Of a stretch of 64,000 nucleotides of DNA, positions 13,201 through 25,772 are shown piece by piece. The position numbers were made by a program, and so were the translations under genes. Below the pieces are notes generated by a model. That model did no database searches, was not told the origin of the DNA, and was given only the letters and a program-made list of their open reading frames with translations. The first letter of the stretch is position 1, and each line of letters opens with the position of its first letter. Source of the DNA: Azolla caroliniana (lineage: Eukaryota > Plantae > Polypodiophyta). The stretch is taken from contig JBHGNT010000017.1 in assembly GCA_043228905.1 (NCBI GenBank), positions 15,252,001 to 15,316,000 of the forward strand, given 5' to 3'.

Positions 13201-14662
13201 GGGTCAACCGATTTGATAAATAATAGGACCTTGCTCATATCAATCACAATTCGGTCCAGTGTCGATAATCGCGCAAATCGCTTCTCGAACTCCTTGAGAA
13301 GTGCCGATGTGTTCCTTCCTTTTCTAGGGAGCTTGACCCACTCCATGAGCTCCCTCTTTGACAACCGGAGTGAGTCATCGAAGTTGTACCTTTTGAGGAG
13401 TTGCTCCTAGAGATTTGACCAGTTACGATAGTCGGCTTGTATTTCAAGCACCTCAGCATGGATGCTCGGTGTGACAACTCAGGCAAATCTGGACAACCGC
13501 ATGTCCTCCAGAATATTCTGCATCAGCATTTCGGCCTTGTAGGCCTCTAGGAATCTCGTAACATCCCTCCCATTGAATCATCCCATTGTGTTGACTATCG
13601 TCTCGATGGCTCTATTGAGCACCGATGAGCTCTCTCGAGCATTCACAAGGTGGCCGCCATAGCTTCTGCAAGCTCACCCCCTCTCATCCCAAAACTCCTT
13701 TGCCACTCTTTCACGTCGGGTTCACCAAAGATGTCGCGGATTTCCGCATGTACGTTGTCGCAAAGTTTCGCATGCATGTGTCACTTGAACGGGACCGCTG
13801 GGGCCTTGGACCGGGGAGACAAAAGTGGTGAGGAAATAGGAGATTAAGACAAAGACATGGGGAAATATACATAAGTTTTGATATAGATTAGGGTTTTTGT
13901 TTTTAATATTTTTACAATTATTAGGCTTGACACCACAATTTCGGTGGTTATTACAATAATCGGTTATTAATCAACCAAAGGTTAAAATAATCTAGCGAAG
14001 GCGAGTCTAGTGGGCTCTGAGCTCGACTAATTCCGACGGCTATGTTGCCTCGATTCGCAGTAGCCCTCGTGCCACTACAACCTCCCTTCCGCAACCAGCC
14101 ACCGAGTTGGCTACCACGGAGATGCCAAAGAAGTCATTGTGGAAGAAATCGAAGCCCTAAACTCTCTTAAGTAAGAAGTAGAATAGAATCTAAACTCATA
14201 AACCCTAAAACCTAAGTCCTCTAGTATGTTGAGGAGAAAAGAAGCTCTCAAACCCTAACCCTAGAAGAGGAGGAGAATATGGAAAAAGGGATAAGGAGAA
14301 AGGGAGGCTAGCCCAAGAAGAAGAGGAGGAGGAGATGAAACCCTACTGGTACACCCCTAAGACAAAATGGGTGACCCCATACTAAGCCCTGTTCCTCCCC
14401 CCTTATAGAGGAAAGAGGCGCCCTATTTTAACATTACATGCTTCTTTGTTTTTTTTCCCTTTATCACAAATATAGAAGGGGAGCAAAATACTCCTTGATT
14501 TGTAGCAAGAGAGACTCGAACTCTATATATATTTATAAGCCTTAACCACTAAGCTACTACAAGTTATTTATAATTATAATTATTGTTTTCATTTATATAT
14601 TATTTAATATGATGTTCGTGGAAGCTTGCTTTTTCTCACAGTGCACATGCCACACCACGACA
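10216..14662 (-). mobile_element. decayed Ty3/gypsy element (gag, protease, RT start, 5' LTR ~14043-14662)
   Basis: Protease-like LINHGSEINL near 12000; RT fragment QDL.LVNKVTIQN..GPTIDEF at 10220-11210; LTR ending CACGACA at 14662. Confidence 0.75.
10292..11189. mobile_element. solo LTR (gypsy-type), 898 bp
   Basis: Perfect 8-bp terminal inverted repeat TGTCGTGA...TCACGACA with 4-bp TSD ACGA (10288-10291 / 11190-11193). Removal restores the host RT frame. Confidence 0.9.
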
Positions 14663-15774
14663 ACGTGTCATATCAGGCAAGACCACGGGGATCTTGAACC
14701 AGGGAGTCTGAGGGAGAGAGACTACTAGACTTGCAATGTCCTATGCGGCTTGGTTGCCGGAGACCTTTACAAAGCACACGGGCTCATAAACGTTGTAACC
14801 AATTCGGCCCTGTCACCAGATTTTGGAAACGAGCACACGAGCTCAGAGACTCAAGCAGACACGGGAGGACGATGGTGTCACGGATGAACAATTGGAAGAT
14901 AAGGAGATGGGGAAGTTGCTGAGATAGTGAGATGGAGAAGTTGATGACAATGAGTAAGAATATCTATTCCATGATTGGTGTTGATCTCCTTGATGTTAAC
15001 AAGGGAGATCAATCCTTTTTATACATGTAGCGATGCATTATACGCATGCTCATGCCAAGTCTTACATATTGTAATATCAAGCATACTAATTCTTGCATGC
15101 CAAGTCTTACATACTTAGTCTTACATACCACTCTTTATACAAAGGTTTAAAGTCTAAAGTTTGTCTAGGAGAAATATATATATACAAGGACCTAAGGCTA
15201 AAATTCGAGTCGATGTTCATGACAGGTGGCAAGGGAATCGACACCTCCCAAAGATAAAAACAGAGAAACGAATGTTGATCCGACACAAAGAGACCAGAAC
15301 AGGAAAACACAGGGGGAGAATACCCGGATATAGCAATACCAAAAGTTCTACTAGTAATCAAAGACAAAGAAGAATACAAGTGGCCTCAAGTCAAAATCAG
15401 AGTGTCAAGGTCGGTGTTCAGACACACACACATGGGCTTCCTATGTGAGCAGAGGCCTCACTCTCCCTTACCGAATGCATAGAGCAGAAACTAAAACCTC
15501 GAGGGCACAAAATTGGCAGCACCTTCCCCTCCAAAACGATGGATACTCTCTCAATCCCCCTTCCCTCCTTTTATAACATAAGGAGAGGTTGGTACATCAG
15601 TAGTAAAGACAACCATTTCTGTCAGAGATTCTCCTCCACGATTTTCTATTTTCACACACTTTTATTCCCCTCTTTGGAGGGATACAAGATCCCCTTTCTA
15701 TGTGCATCCGTGCACGCCCTTGTTCACACGCAATTGGCGAGTTTTCCCCCTAGTAGCTAGAATCCTCCACGATA
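14663..15774. mobile_element. LTR remnant related to the 6428 and 40086 LTRs
   Basis: Shares the ggcaRgacc..gggRtcttgaacc motif found near the left end of LTR 6428; ends CCACGATA (decayed CACGACA). Confidence 0.55.
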
Positions 15775-16250
15775 GTGAGCAAGGCGTGAAGACACCAGGA
15801 GGAGCCAGAAGCAAGAACCAGCGGGCGTTAACACAAGGAGTCGACCTCGAATTGAGTTTGAGGGGGGGTGTTGAGCGAGCAAGCTCAACTTGGGCCGGAT
15901 TGGCTAAGGAAGCCGAGAGCTGGATCGGATAGAGACAGATCGGCTAGGCCTAAATCGATTGAATAAGTCGAAAGCCGAATCGGTTGGGAAACCGAATCAG
16001 CTGGTCGTTAGGGGCCTATATTCCTACTTTAGTAAATAGGAATATTATAGGAAGAGTTAGTGTTAGGCGCATTCATGAGCTTTAAAGTACTGATAGTACT
16101 CCTGTCAGCCCGTTGTCAGGGCTCAAGTATAAAAGTGCTCACTGAGCACAATCATATGTATAGAGCATTCTTGTTGTCTGCTCACACACACACGCGCGCT
16201 CTCTCTCTCTCTCTCTCTCATTGTGTATCTCCATTCTCTGTGTTTACTTG
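15775..16250 (+). mobile_element. copia family A 3' fragment: PPT and truncated LTR
   Basis: TTGAGGGGGGG PPT followed by TGTTGAGCGAGCAAGC at 15869, homologous to the family A LTRs. Confidence 0.8.
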
Positions 16251-16296
16251 ATGTATTCTTTTTCATGAAATTCCTGATGCTAATGAAAATTGTATT

Positions 16297-17735
16297 GTGG
16301 AAAGTGAGAATAATGTGAATGTTGTGCCATCTACTTGTGCATCTATAAATGACATGTCATCTTCATCATGTAAGAAGAGGACAATTGAGAATAGTGGTGG
16401 ATCCCTACAAATGTCTTGGCAAAAAAGTTTGAATAAAATTGCAAATAAATCAATGAGAAGGTTCTTTTTTGAAGAGCATATTGCACATCTAAAGATTGAT
16501 AGCTCATTTTTTCAAGACATGCTTCAAGAAACTGCAAAGGTTTGTCCTTCATATAAGTCGCCAAATTCTTTCTAATTGAGAAAGAGACATCTAGATGAAG
16601 TGAAATATATTGAAGATAAACTATCATGCATTAAAGATAAATGGAAAATATATGGATGCACTATAGTAAGTGATGGTTGGTCAAATACTCGAAATAGGCC
16701 AATAATTAATGTTTTGGCTTCATCAATGTTTGGTTTAGTGTTTTTAAGGTCCGTGGATACAAGTGGTGAATGTAAAACAGGAGAGTATATCTTTAATATT
16801 CTAAAATCCATCATTCCTGAAATTGGCCCAACAAATTTTGTGCATGTATGGATAATGGATCAAATTGTGTGGTAGTAGGACATATGATAGAGAAAGAGTG
16901 GCCCATGATATTTTTTACTAGATGCACATGTCATTGTCTTGATTTACTGTTTGAGGATATACGAAAATGTGCTTGGGTTAAAGATGCTTTGAGATTAGGT
17001 TTGAAGGTTACTATGTTTATCAGAAGAAAGCTATATGTGGTTGCAATGTTTCGCAAGTTTTGTAAAAAGGAATTGTTGAAGCCTTCTACTACTAGGTTTG
17101 CTTATAGTTTCATTGTGCTATCAAATTTTTTGGATGATAGAGTGTATAATGGCTTAAGAAGAATGGTGGTTAGTGAAGAATGGTGTGAATGGAAGGGATC
17201 TAAAACACAACAAGCAGAAGAAGTAGTTTCGATAATATTGAATGCTTCCTTTTGGTCAAATGTAAAGATGATATTGGAATTATGCTCACCAATTTTAAAG
17301 GTGCTTTGATTGGTGGATAGAGAAGACGAATGATGGGGTTGGTATATTAATGTACAAGACGAATGATAGAATAAATAAATAAAATGCCAGGAATTTAGAA
17401 CATGTTGCTTGATGAAATTAGAGGATTATGCATAGATAGATGCAAAATGTTACATACACCATTACATGCAATTGGATATCTCTTAAACCCAATTTGGTGG
17501 GAAAATTCTCAAGTTTTTGATAATGTGGTGAATGCTAGTTAGATAGACACCATTTTGCGATATGCAAATGGTGACGTTAAGATGCAAGGTATTTTACTAG
17601 ATGAGTATCATGCTTATAAAACTAAAGAGAAGGGTATTTTCCAAAATTCCACCTTCAAATGATCCTACTAGAATGAAAGATGGTGTTAAGTGGTCGGAAT
17701 TATTTGGAGGAGAAACTAGGAATTGGCAACAATTC
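16297..17735 (+). pseudogene. hAT-superfamily transposase remnant (DUF659-type)
   Basis: WKIYGCTIVSDGWSNTRNRPIINV, FTRCTCHCLDLLFEDI and KPSTTRFAYSF motifs, broken by stops and frameshifts. Confidence 0.88.
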
Positions 17736-17737
17736 GC

Positions 17738-17910
17738 TTAAGGCTTAGCCGAGCCAAACCGGTTAAGCCTAAACCGTTTTGGTGTTCTCAAACCTGAACC
17801 AAACCAAACCAAATCGATCCCTAAACCAGTTTGGCCTAAACCGATTTAGGAACCATTTTGACCTAAACCGATTTAGGAACCGGTTTAGGAACCAGTTTGG
17901 GACCAAAACG
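17738..17910. repeat. AAACCG/CTAAACCG-rich subterminal repeat cluster of a DNA transposon
   Basis: Many AAACCG motifs directly after the hAT remnant; shares gccgagcc/gccaaaccggttaag with 27070-27120. Confidence 0.6.
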
Positions 17911-18084
17911 TTTAGAGGTGTGAAGAAACCTAAAAAACACCACTACCACTTCTTTTCCAGACCTCAATATGTCCATTCTCGATTGCTAGTGCCCATCCCT
18001 CAACCACCTTCAGGTCGAGCTTGCCGCATCCTAGGTCTTAGGTCCAACTCAAGAGAGAATTTGGAACTAAAATTTCAGCTATAT

Positions 18085-18086
<2 letters not shown>

Positions 18087-18147
<61 letters not shown>

Positions 18148-18230
18148 AAATATTTGGTTTAGAATAAGGGGTATAGGGTGGCTAAGGAAAAATGGAGGGG
18201 TAGAGGCATAAATAGGAATATTTATCCCTA

Positions 18231-18282
<52 letters not shown>

Positions 18283-18960
18283 TTTTCTAATTATGTTTTT
18301 ACTTATGTTTTATCTCTCCCTCCCCCTTTTAATTATGTTCTAATCTCGTTTTTTAGTTGTAAATGGTACCTCTCTCTTTCATTTTAAGTAGTATGTTAAT
18401 CCCCTCCCCTCCCCTTACCCTACTTTTTATACTTTAATTAGGTTTTTAATCTCGTTTTTTATCTTTAATCTTAAGTTTATTATGTTTTAATCTCGTTTTT
18501 AATCCTTAATCTTAGTGTTATTATGTTTTAATCTCTCTCTCCCTCTCTCTCTCTTTCAATTTATTTTTAACTAATAGGTTAATCCGTCCTACCCCTCCCA
18601 TTACCTTGTGTTGCACTTAGGGTTATATATTATTATTATTATTATTTACGGTTTAATCATTTTATTAGTTTTTATGTTAATCCCTTCCCTTCCCCTTACC
18701 CCACTTTTTAAACTTTAATTAGGGTTTTAATCTCGTTTTTAATCTTTAATCTTAGGTTTATTATGTTTTAATCTCGTTTTTAATCTTTAATCTTAGGTTT
18801 ATTATGTTTTAATCTCGTTTTTAATCTTTAATCTTAGGTTTATTATGTTTTTATTAGTTTTTGTGTTTAGCCGCCATCCCCCTTTCCCCTTTCTCCCTCT
18901 ATTTCATTTTTTCAATTAGTATGTTAATCCCCTACCCTTGCCCCTCTTCTTAATACCTAC
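18087..18960. repeat. (GA)n/(CT)n fold-back plus 41-bp AT-rich tandem repeats
   Basis: (GA)n 18087-18143, (CT)n 18234-18278; unit ttattatgttttaatctcgtttttaatctttaatcttaggt repeated at 18440-18530 and 18720-18850. Confidence 0.8.
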
Positions 18961-18989
18961 TCCTATCTCTTCATATACACCAAGCACTC

Positions 18990-19900
18990 TATCGATTCGG
19001 GTGCGCTCAATCGACCTTGGTGTTCCTCTTCTCCGATATCTCCTCCGCTCGTTGATGATTCACCATTTCCGCACTCCTCGTCTACGACCTCGTCGTCAAC
19101 ATAAACTCATAGCTAGATGTTCCCGAATCAATGTGCAAATACCACCATAGTTTCCATCATGTCCTATTGTTGGTTCCCACATTGTTCACCATGATCTTGG
19201 TAGAAGGTCTCCAACTTCCTTTAGGTAGGCACTATCAAGATGGGGCTCCTGCAACATGATGATATTAGCAACATCGCTTAATAAGTAATCCTCAAGATCC
19301 CTTCTTAGTTTCCATTTGTTTTGCTGGTCAAGTCGACTCCGAGTCCCTGCATATTCCATGTTAGGACATTCATGAACATGGAAGGGGGTGGGAGATTACC
19401 AAGTGTTCATGGTGCTTTGCACAACATGTGTGTGGAGATTTACCAGTCATTTTCAGTGATGGGATGGTGGTCCATATCCACAAATTGAGATTTTGGGCTA
19501 TTTGTTGAGCTCCAATAGCCCCTTCCTATTTCCCATAGAAATAGTAAAGGCCCAGATTTATCGATATGTCTATGACAGTCCGAAGGTGAATGTGCCAAAG
19601 GTGAGTGATGGTCAAGGGGCATATGATGAAGCAGGAAAGAAAGAACGATTGGAGAGAGAAAGGAATGGAGAGGGTGAGGAACATGGGGTAGGTTGCGAAG
19701 AGATTGTGGAGGTCGTGGATCCTATTTGTCCCTCGTCTGCAATCTTCCTCTCTATCTTGGTCAATGAGCATGGTCCCGTCGTGCTCCTACTCCTACTCAT
19801 CCGCTTCTTGGAAAATATGGAACTTGCTTCTCTGCTCCTACTCCCGTCATGTGTTACATTCGTGTAGTCATCATTTCAACTTGACACATAGAAGGTCCTT
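18990..19900 (-). pseudogene. LINE fragment: possible ORF1 end and ORF2 APE-endonuclease N-terminus
   Basis: ATG at 19373 (minus) gives MNVLTWNMQG, and after a frameshift IIMLQEPHL, the APE WN..G and QE motifs. Confidence 0.65.
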
Positions 19901-20459
19901 GGAGCTATGACTATTACAATGGCTACTTGTTCATAAGCATCTCTTATATACATGAGGGAAAATCTAAAGTATGAAACACCTTAGTATTTTTCTTGTTGTC
20001 CAAATGCCTCTAGTTGATGCACCTTTTCCATGCATATGATGCATTCCTTGTTTGAGTTTTGACAAGGTGCATTTGGGGAGATCATAAGAAAATTATAACA
20101 AAAAGAGGTAGAAGTGTTTAGGGAAATAAGAACTCGTGGGTATTTCAATGTTTTGTCCCTATGTTCTAAAAGTTTTATCAAAATATAACTTTAGATTGTG
20201 CCCAAGGTGTAGAAACAAAATCTTGAAGTAGGCTAACCAAATTAAACTCATGTAGCCTACTTATACATACCCAAATATATTGAGAATTGAGTTTCCTCAT
20301 TTTAAGTCTTTATTTGTCTCATGCATAAATCTTGTGTTGTATGTGGAAATGTCTTGGTAAATGTCACCTTGAATGTTAGAACTAAGGGGTTAACTCTTGT
20401 TCTAACTCATAGTTTATCAACTTCATGTCATATGTTTGAAACTCAATCTTTGCTAACTA

Positions 20460-23400
20460 GGCAGTCATTTACGCATGAGCAATTGGCCTTAAGATCTACA
20501 TTACGGTGTGTTATGAAGAAGAAAGTTAATCTTTCTATGGCTAATGAATTAGTTAAACCTTTTAATGTTCATGAGGTGCATGCTGCAATTAAGGCCTTGG
20601 GTAAGAATGTATGTCCTGGCATCAATGGGTTTCCTTTTGAATTTTTTCTTTGTTATTGGGATCACATTGGAATCAGTGTAACGGAAGCATTACAAGAGGT
20701 TTTTACTTTGGGTGATATGCCTTATCAATGGAATGTATGGTTAATTTTTTTTATTCCTAAATTGGAGGGGGTAGTAGTTGACATTAAGAAGTGGCAACCG
20801 ATAACTATTCTGAATACTATGGATAAGATTTATGTTAAAGTCCTTGCTTTACGTATGCAACCTTTATTTAATTTAAATGATATTATTCATAAATTGCAAA
20901 CGGGTAAATTTATAAAAAGCGGTCTATTTTTTATAATATTTTCATGTTCTGGGAGCTTACAACTTTGGCAAAAGAGAAGGATGTTGAGCTATTGGTGCTA
21001 TTGTTGGACTTTGAAAAGGCATACGATAGAGTTGATTGGTCTTTCCTCGAGGAAGTTATGTTACAACTAGGATTTCCAATGGCTTGGGTACTGGCGGTAA
21101 GAGCCTTGTATAAGAATGCATCTAGCTCCGTATATGTGGCGGGAGAAGTTGATGCTCTCTTCTCTATTTCAAGGTCAGTTAGGCAAGGATGTCCATTGGC
21201 CCCTTTCCTACATTTATTGATAGCTAATGCTTTTCATGTGTATTTTAATAATCAGGCCTTAAGAATTAAAGGGTTGCAATGGGGATTCGAAAAATTATAA
21301 ACAAGTGCTTGATAATGAATTTGTTGATGATACTACTTTATATGTGGATTGGGAGGAACAAAATTTGTGTAATGTTCAATGTGTGGTGCAAGAATTTTGT
21401 GAGCTATCAGGTGCTATTATAAATTGGAATAAATCCATTGGAATAAGAATGAAAAATAATAGAGTTTCACATTGGTTGCCCCATCCAGATTTTCAATGGC
21501 TTCAACATGGGAGGTCAATACGATATCTTGGTTGTCAAATTGGTGTTGATATTACTCATGATCAACTTATTGCCCCCTTGTTGATGTCATTGAAGAGGAA
21601 ATTGCTATTTTGGTCTTCGAAACATTTATCATTGGTTGGAAGAATTGTAATTGCTAATCAAGTGCTTCTATCTTCGATGTGGTATATCCCCTCATCTTGG
21701 TTGTTTTCAAGATTTGTTCTCTCTCAAGTACAGAAGCTTGTCTACAATTTCTTATGGGGTGCATCTAATGCAAATGCAAGATCTAAAGTTGCGTGGAAGG
21801 TAATAATATCTCCTCCTCACGAAGCCGGATTAGGGTTGATAGACCCAATGTTTCAATGTAGAGCATTACTTGGGAAATTTGTTGTGAGAAGTATGCTTCC
21901 AAGGAATGAGCCATGGAAGTTGCTACTTCATGAACATATGAAGGAATTGGTTCCATGTAGAGGTAGACATTGGAAGCGAAATGTGAGGTGGTGGTTTGTG
22001 CACGAGGATATGCCTTTGACTTCTATTTTCACTTCGGATAAATTTTTTAACTCTTTATTAAGAGTTTGGAAATGTTTGTTGCCTAATCTTGTGTATAAAC
22101 ATCCTATATGGGAGGATGAGTGAAAAAGGAAACCAATTTGTTGGAACCCCTTCATTAAGGATGATTATGGTAATATGTTGGGAAGAAGGGCAAGGTTAAA
22201 TTGGGCAGTGGTTGATGAGGCATTTACGGCTAATATTGGTACTTGGTTAAACTTTAATCAATCCTTTAGGGATGTTAAGGAACAAGTTTTGAAATCAATA
22301 AGAGGTGGTAAGTTAATGTTCCAAGAGATAAGTAACGCTTTTAATTCAAATCATGTATGGTACAGGGCATTCTCTTCTTTTAATGTCTTGATTGGAGCAA
22401 GAGCTTATACATCTAATGAATCCTTCTTAGCATATATAATAGTTTCAGAGGGAAAATTGCAATGGGTCTCTATGGAGGATGACCTTCTCAATTTAGTGGA
22501 GTGGAAGCCTATTAGGGTGGTTGCAAAAACAGGGAAGGTACATATTATGGATCCCCATCCTGAAAAAGTAAACCCTTTCTGGGATATTTTGGTTTATGAT
22601 AATACACCCTTATTGGAGTTAGAGTGGGATCCGACGGAATGGTGGTGGAGAGATGCTAATGGTAAGATGGTTTCTTTCTTTGACTACTTTGTAAAATTAG
22701 GTAGGGAATTCCAACGAAAGAGGAATCCAATTATGCCAACTGCAGCTAAGGTATGGTTAAATAATAATATTCCTATGCATTCAGTATTAGCATTTTGGAA
22801 ATGATTGTGGGCTCTACAGATTCCTCGCAAAATCATTACATTTAGATGGTTATGTGTCTACTATGCACTTCCAGTCCTGGAATGGATGCATAGGGAGGAG
22901 GGAACCAAAACTTGCTCTTTTTGTGGGCTTCACTTGGAATCAATGCAACATGCCTTATGGAACTATATGGCCGCACGTTCTGTTTGGAAACATATGTTGC
23001 GCCTCATTGGTGTTGCATATGGACCTAATGCTATTACATGGGGAAATGTCTTTTGGATGGACTTAAATGTGGATAAGCATAATTATGAAAGGGGAAAGAT
23101 ACTATTTACCCTTCAAACTACAGGAAGGCAATATAAGGACATACCATACTCAAGGTCAAATCAGTTGAATGCGGATGCCACAGTATGGGCTACGATATCA
23201 TCGGTGGTTCTATGGAATATTTGGATAGATTGATGCAAAAATGTGTTTCAGAAAATAACGCAAAATCATGTTCATTGTGTGAAGGAAATTTGGTCAATGC
23301 TTATCTCAATTTTAAAAGGTCAATATGACTCCTTCACAAGTAATAAAGACATGATTTTTTTGAAACAACAATCATTTAAAGGCAAATGGAAAGATTTGTT

Positions 23401-23470
23401 AGTTTTTGTGGAGAGAAATGACGAAATGGATTGGCAATATGTACCCCCGCGATGGTTGTTTCCTCCATAG
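20460..23470 (+). pseudogene. L1/Tx1-like LINE ORF2 (RT + zf-RVT), 5'-truncated and decayed
   Basis: PGINGFP, LDFEKAYDRVDW, VRQGCPLAP, FVDDT, RYLG and C-terminal CSFC...H zinc-binding motif across ORFs 20321-23470. Confidence 0.92.
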
Positions 23471-24429
23471 GTGGAGGTTGGTTTCAATTATGACATAATG
23501 GGGGATATCTTGCCTGCCACTAGATTATATCATTATATGTCTTGTATATGCTTTTTGGATTGGTAATGGAAACTATGGTGTAGTTTATTTTTTATTTTTT
23601 TTTAAGTTTCAATATTTTTTGTGGGAAGGTTATTGATCAAAAACATAATTAAATTTGTAAGGAAGAAATTATTTGAAAGTTGAATTTGGTGAGTTCCAAT
23701 CTGTTGATTGCGTTTAAGCATATGAGAAGATTGGAGGCATTGAGATTCCAACATAAAGGACATGGGGTGTTTATGCATTATATGCACTTCCAAACCAACT
23801 TTTACACATTGAATGGTGTATGAACTATTGGAGTTAAATAAGGTGCCCATTGTCGTGTATCCACATCTTTGGCATAGCTCGAACTCCAATTGATATTTCT
23901 AACTACATAAATATGTTAGATAGATAAAACAACAAAAAATCCCATGGCATTACATATAGATTTCAATTCTTTTATGGATGCACACTATATAGAAGAGTAA
24001 ACTTTCAATGAATGTTGGAAAAAGTATTGGTGCATGCTATCCACATATGATTTTGGATGACAGAGTCATGTCAAATACACAATCATCTATGTTTATAACT
24101 TTGGTTAGTATTCAAATCTCCAATACTATGTTTAATTTAAAGCCATACATTTGTGAATGTATGCTTTGTTGACACGATGCCATGATAATTTGCCATGAAC
24201 TGTTGGACACATAGGTAGAGCCATTGAAATTCTTGATCAAGAGATAGATGAAAAAAGAAATTTGCAAGTAGGATTATAAGAAGTGAACAAGAATTTAGAA
24301 ATAATACAATATTTTGATGAGGAATTAGTGGACAACATGTCTGCAAGAGAAATTAGTTGTAATGTTGTTGCATAAATATGCATGATTGTGCTACTTGGGC
24401 AATATCAAGAACCTAAACTAAGGAGGACA

Positions 24430-24900
24430 TGATGTCGTTAGAGATCTACTTGCAATGGGTACCCCTAAAAACCTTCATGCAATCTCTTCAGTGTTGCCTT
24501 TATGGATACCTCTTATGGAATGGCCTAATCATGGAGAGGCCTAGTGTAAAACCCTTTGTGGGTTGGCTTTCACGCAATCCTTTCGCAAATTGCTCTCATG
24601 GAATGGCCTTCATGCAATCCCTTTATGGAAACCTCTCCTCAAATGGTCTTGTGAAATGACCTCATGGAAACCCTTTGTGGATTGCATTTGTGTCTTGGCC
24701 TTCATGTAACACCTTTGTGGATTGGCTCTTGTGCAACCCCTTTGTGGATTTCTCTCATGGAATGGCCTTCGTGCAGTCCCTTGTTGATTTCCTTAATGAA
24801 AACCTCGTTTTGTATGTTGAGGTCATGCAATCCCTTGAACGTGGAATGTCTTGGCACTCGAGAATTCCTTTGTGCAATGAACAAACACTCATGGATTGCC
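24430..24900. repeat. degenerate short tandem repeat region
   Basis: Recurrent motifs atggaatggcct and tgcaatccctttgtggatt at ~30-60 bp spacing. Confidence 0.6.
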
Positions 24901-25041
24901 TCGGGGAATTTTCTTCATAGAATGAGCGGGTGCTCAGAGAATGAAGGGGCACTCACACAATGAACTTGCACTCACAGATTTGAACAAGGCTCTCTTGGAA
25001 TGAAAGCTTGCTTGTGGAGTAATCCCTTTTGGAATTGCATC

Positions 25042-25115
25042 AGTCTTGTAGCTCGGTTGGTTAGAGGATGGCTCTTATGAGCCGAAGGTCGCGGATTCGA
25101 GCACCGTCTGGGCTA
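25042..25115 (+). tRNA. tRNA-Ile(UAU)-derived pseudogene or SINE head
   Basis: TAGCTCGGTTGGTTAGAG...CTTATGAGCCGAAGGTCGCGGATTCGAGC closely resembles plant nuclear tRNA-Ile(TAT) as I recall it, but has mismatches in the acceptor, anticodon and T stems and a mutated B box. Confidence 0.75.
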
Positions 25116-25182
25116 TGCGTGCAATTACATCCCATTTGATCCATCCCATAGGATGAACTTTGTGGATGTAATTGAGATAAGA

Positions 25183-25772
25183 AAAGTTTTGTATGTTGTA
25201 ACATAACAATTATGTATATGATGAATCAAGAGAAGAATATTGAAAGCATATAATAAAAAAAAGTTATGTATGTTGTAACATAACAATTATGTATATGATG
25301 AATCAAGAGAAGAATATTGAAAGCATATAATAAAAAAAAGTTATGTATGTTGTAACTTAACAATTATGTATATGATGAATCAAGAGAAGAATATTGAAAG
25401 CATATAATAAAAAAAAGTTATGTATGTTTTGTAACTTAACAATTATGTATATGATGAATCAAGAGAAGAATATTGAAAGCATATAAAAAAAGGTATGTAT
25501 AATGTAATTCAACAATTATGTATATGATGAATCAAGAGAAGAATATTGAAAGCATATAAAAAAAGGTATGTATAATGTAATTCAACAATTATGTATATGA
25601 TGAATCAAGAGAAGAATATTGAAAGCATATAAAAAAAGGTATGTATAATGTAATTCAACAATTATGTATATGATGAATCAAGAGAAGAATATTGAAAGCA
25701 TATAAAAAAAGGTATGTATAATGTAATTCGACAATTATGTATATGATGAATCAAGAGAAGAATATAGAAAGC
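25183..25772. repeat. tandem minisatellite, 8 copies of a 73-79 bp unit
   Basis: Core caattatgtatatgatgaatcaagagaagaata at 25207, 25284, 25361, 25440, 25513, 25586, 25659 and 25732. Confidence 0.95.

Noticed and set aside
25042-25115. Functional tRNA-Ile gene
   Set aside because: Stem mismatches and a mutated T-loop/B box; reported as a pseudogene or SINE head instead.
25183-25772. CRISPR-like appearance of the repeat array (also 39183-39730 and 41722-41970)
   Set aside because: Units are tandem copies without unique spacers, there are no cas genes and the context is eukaryotic.
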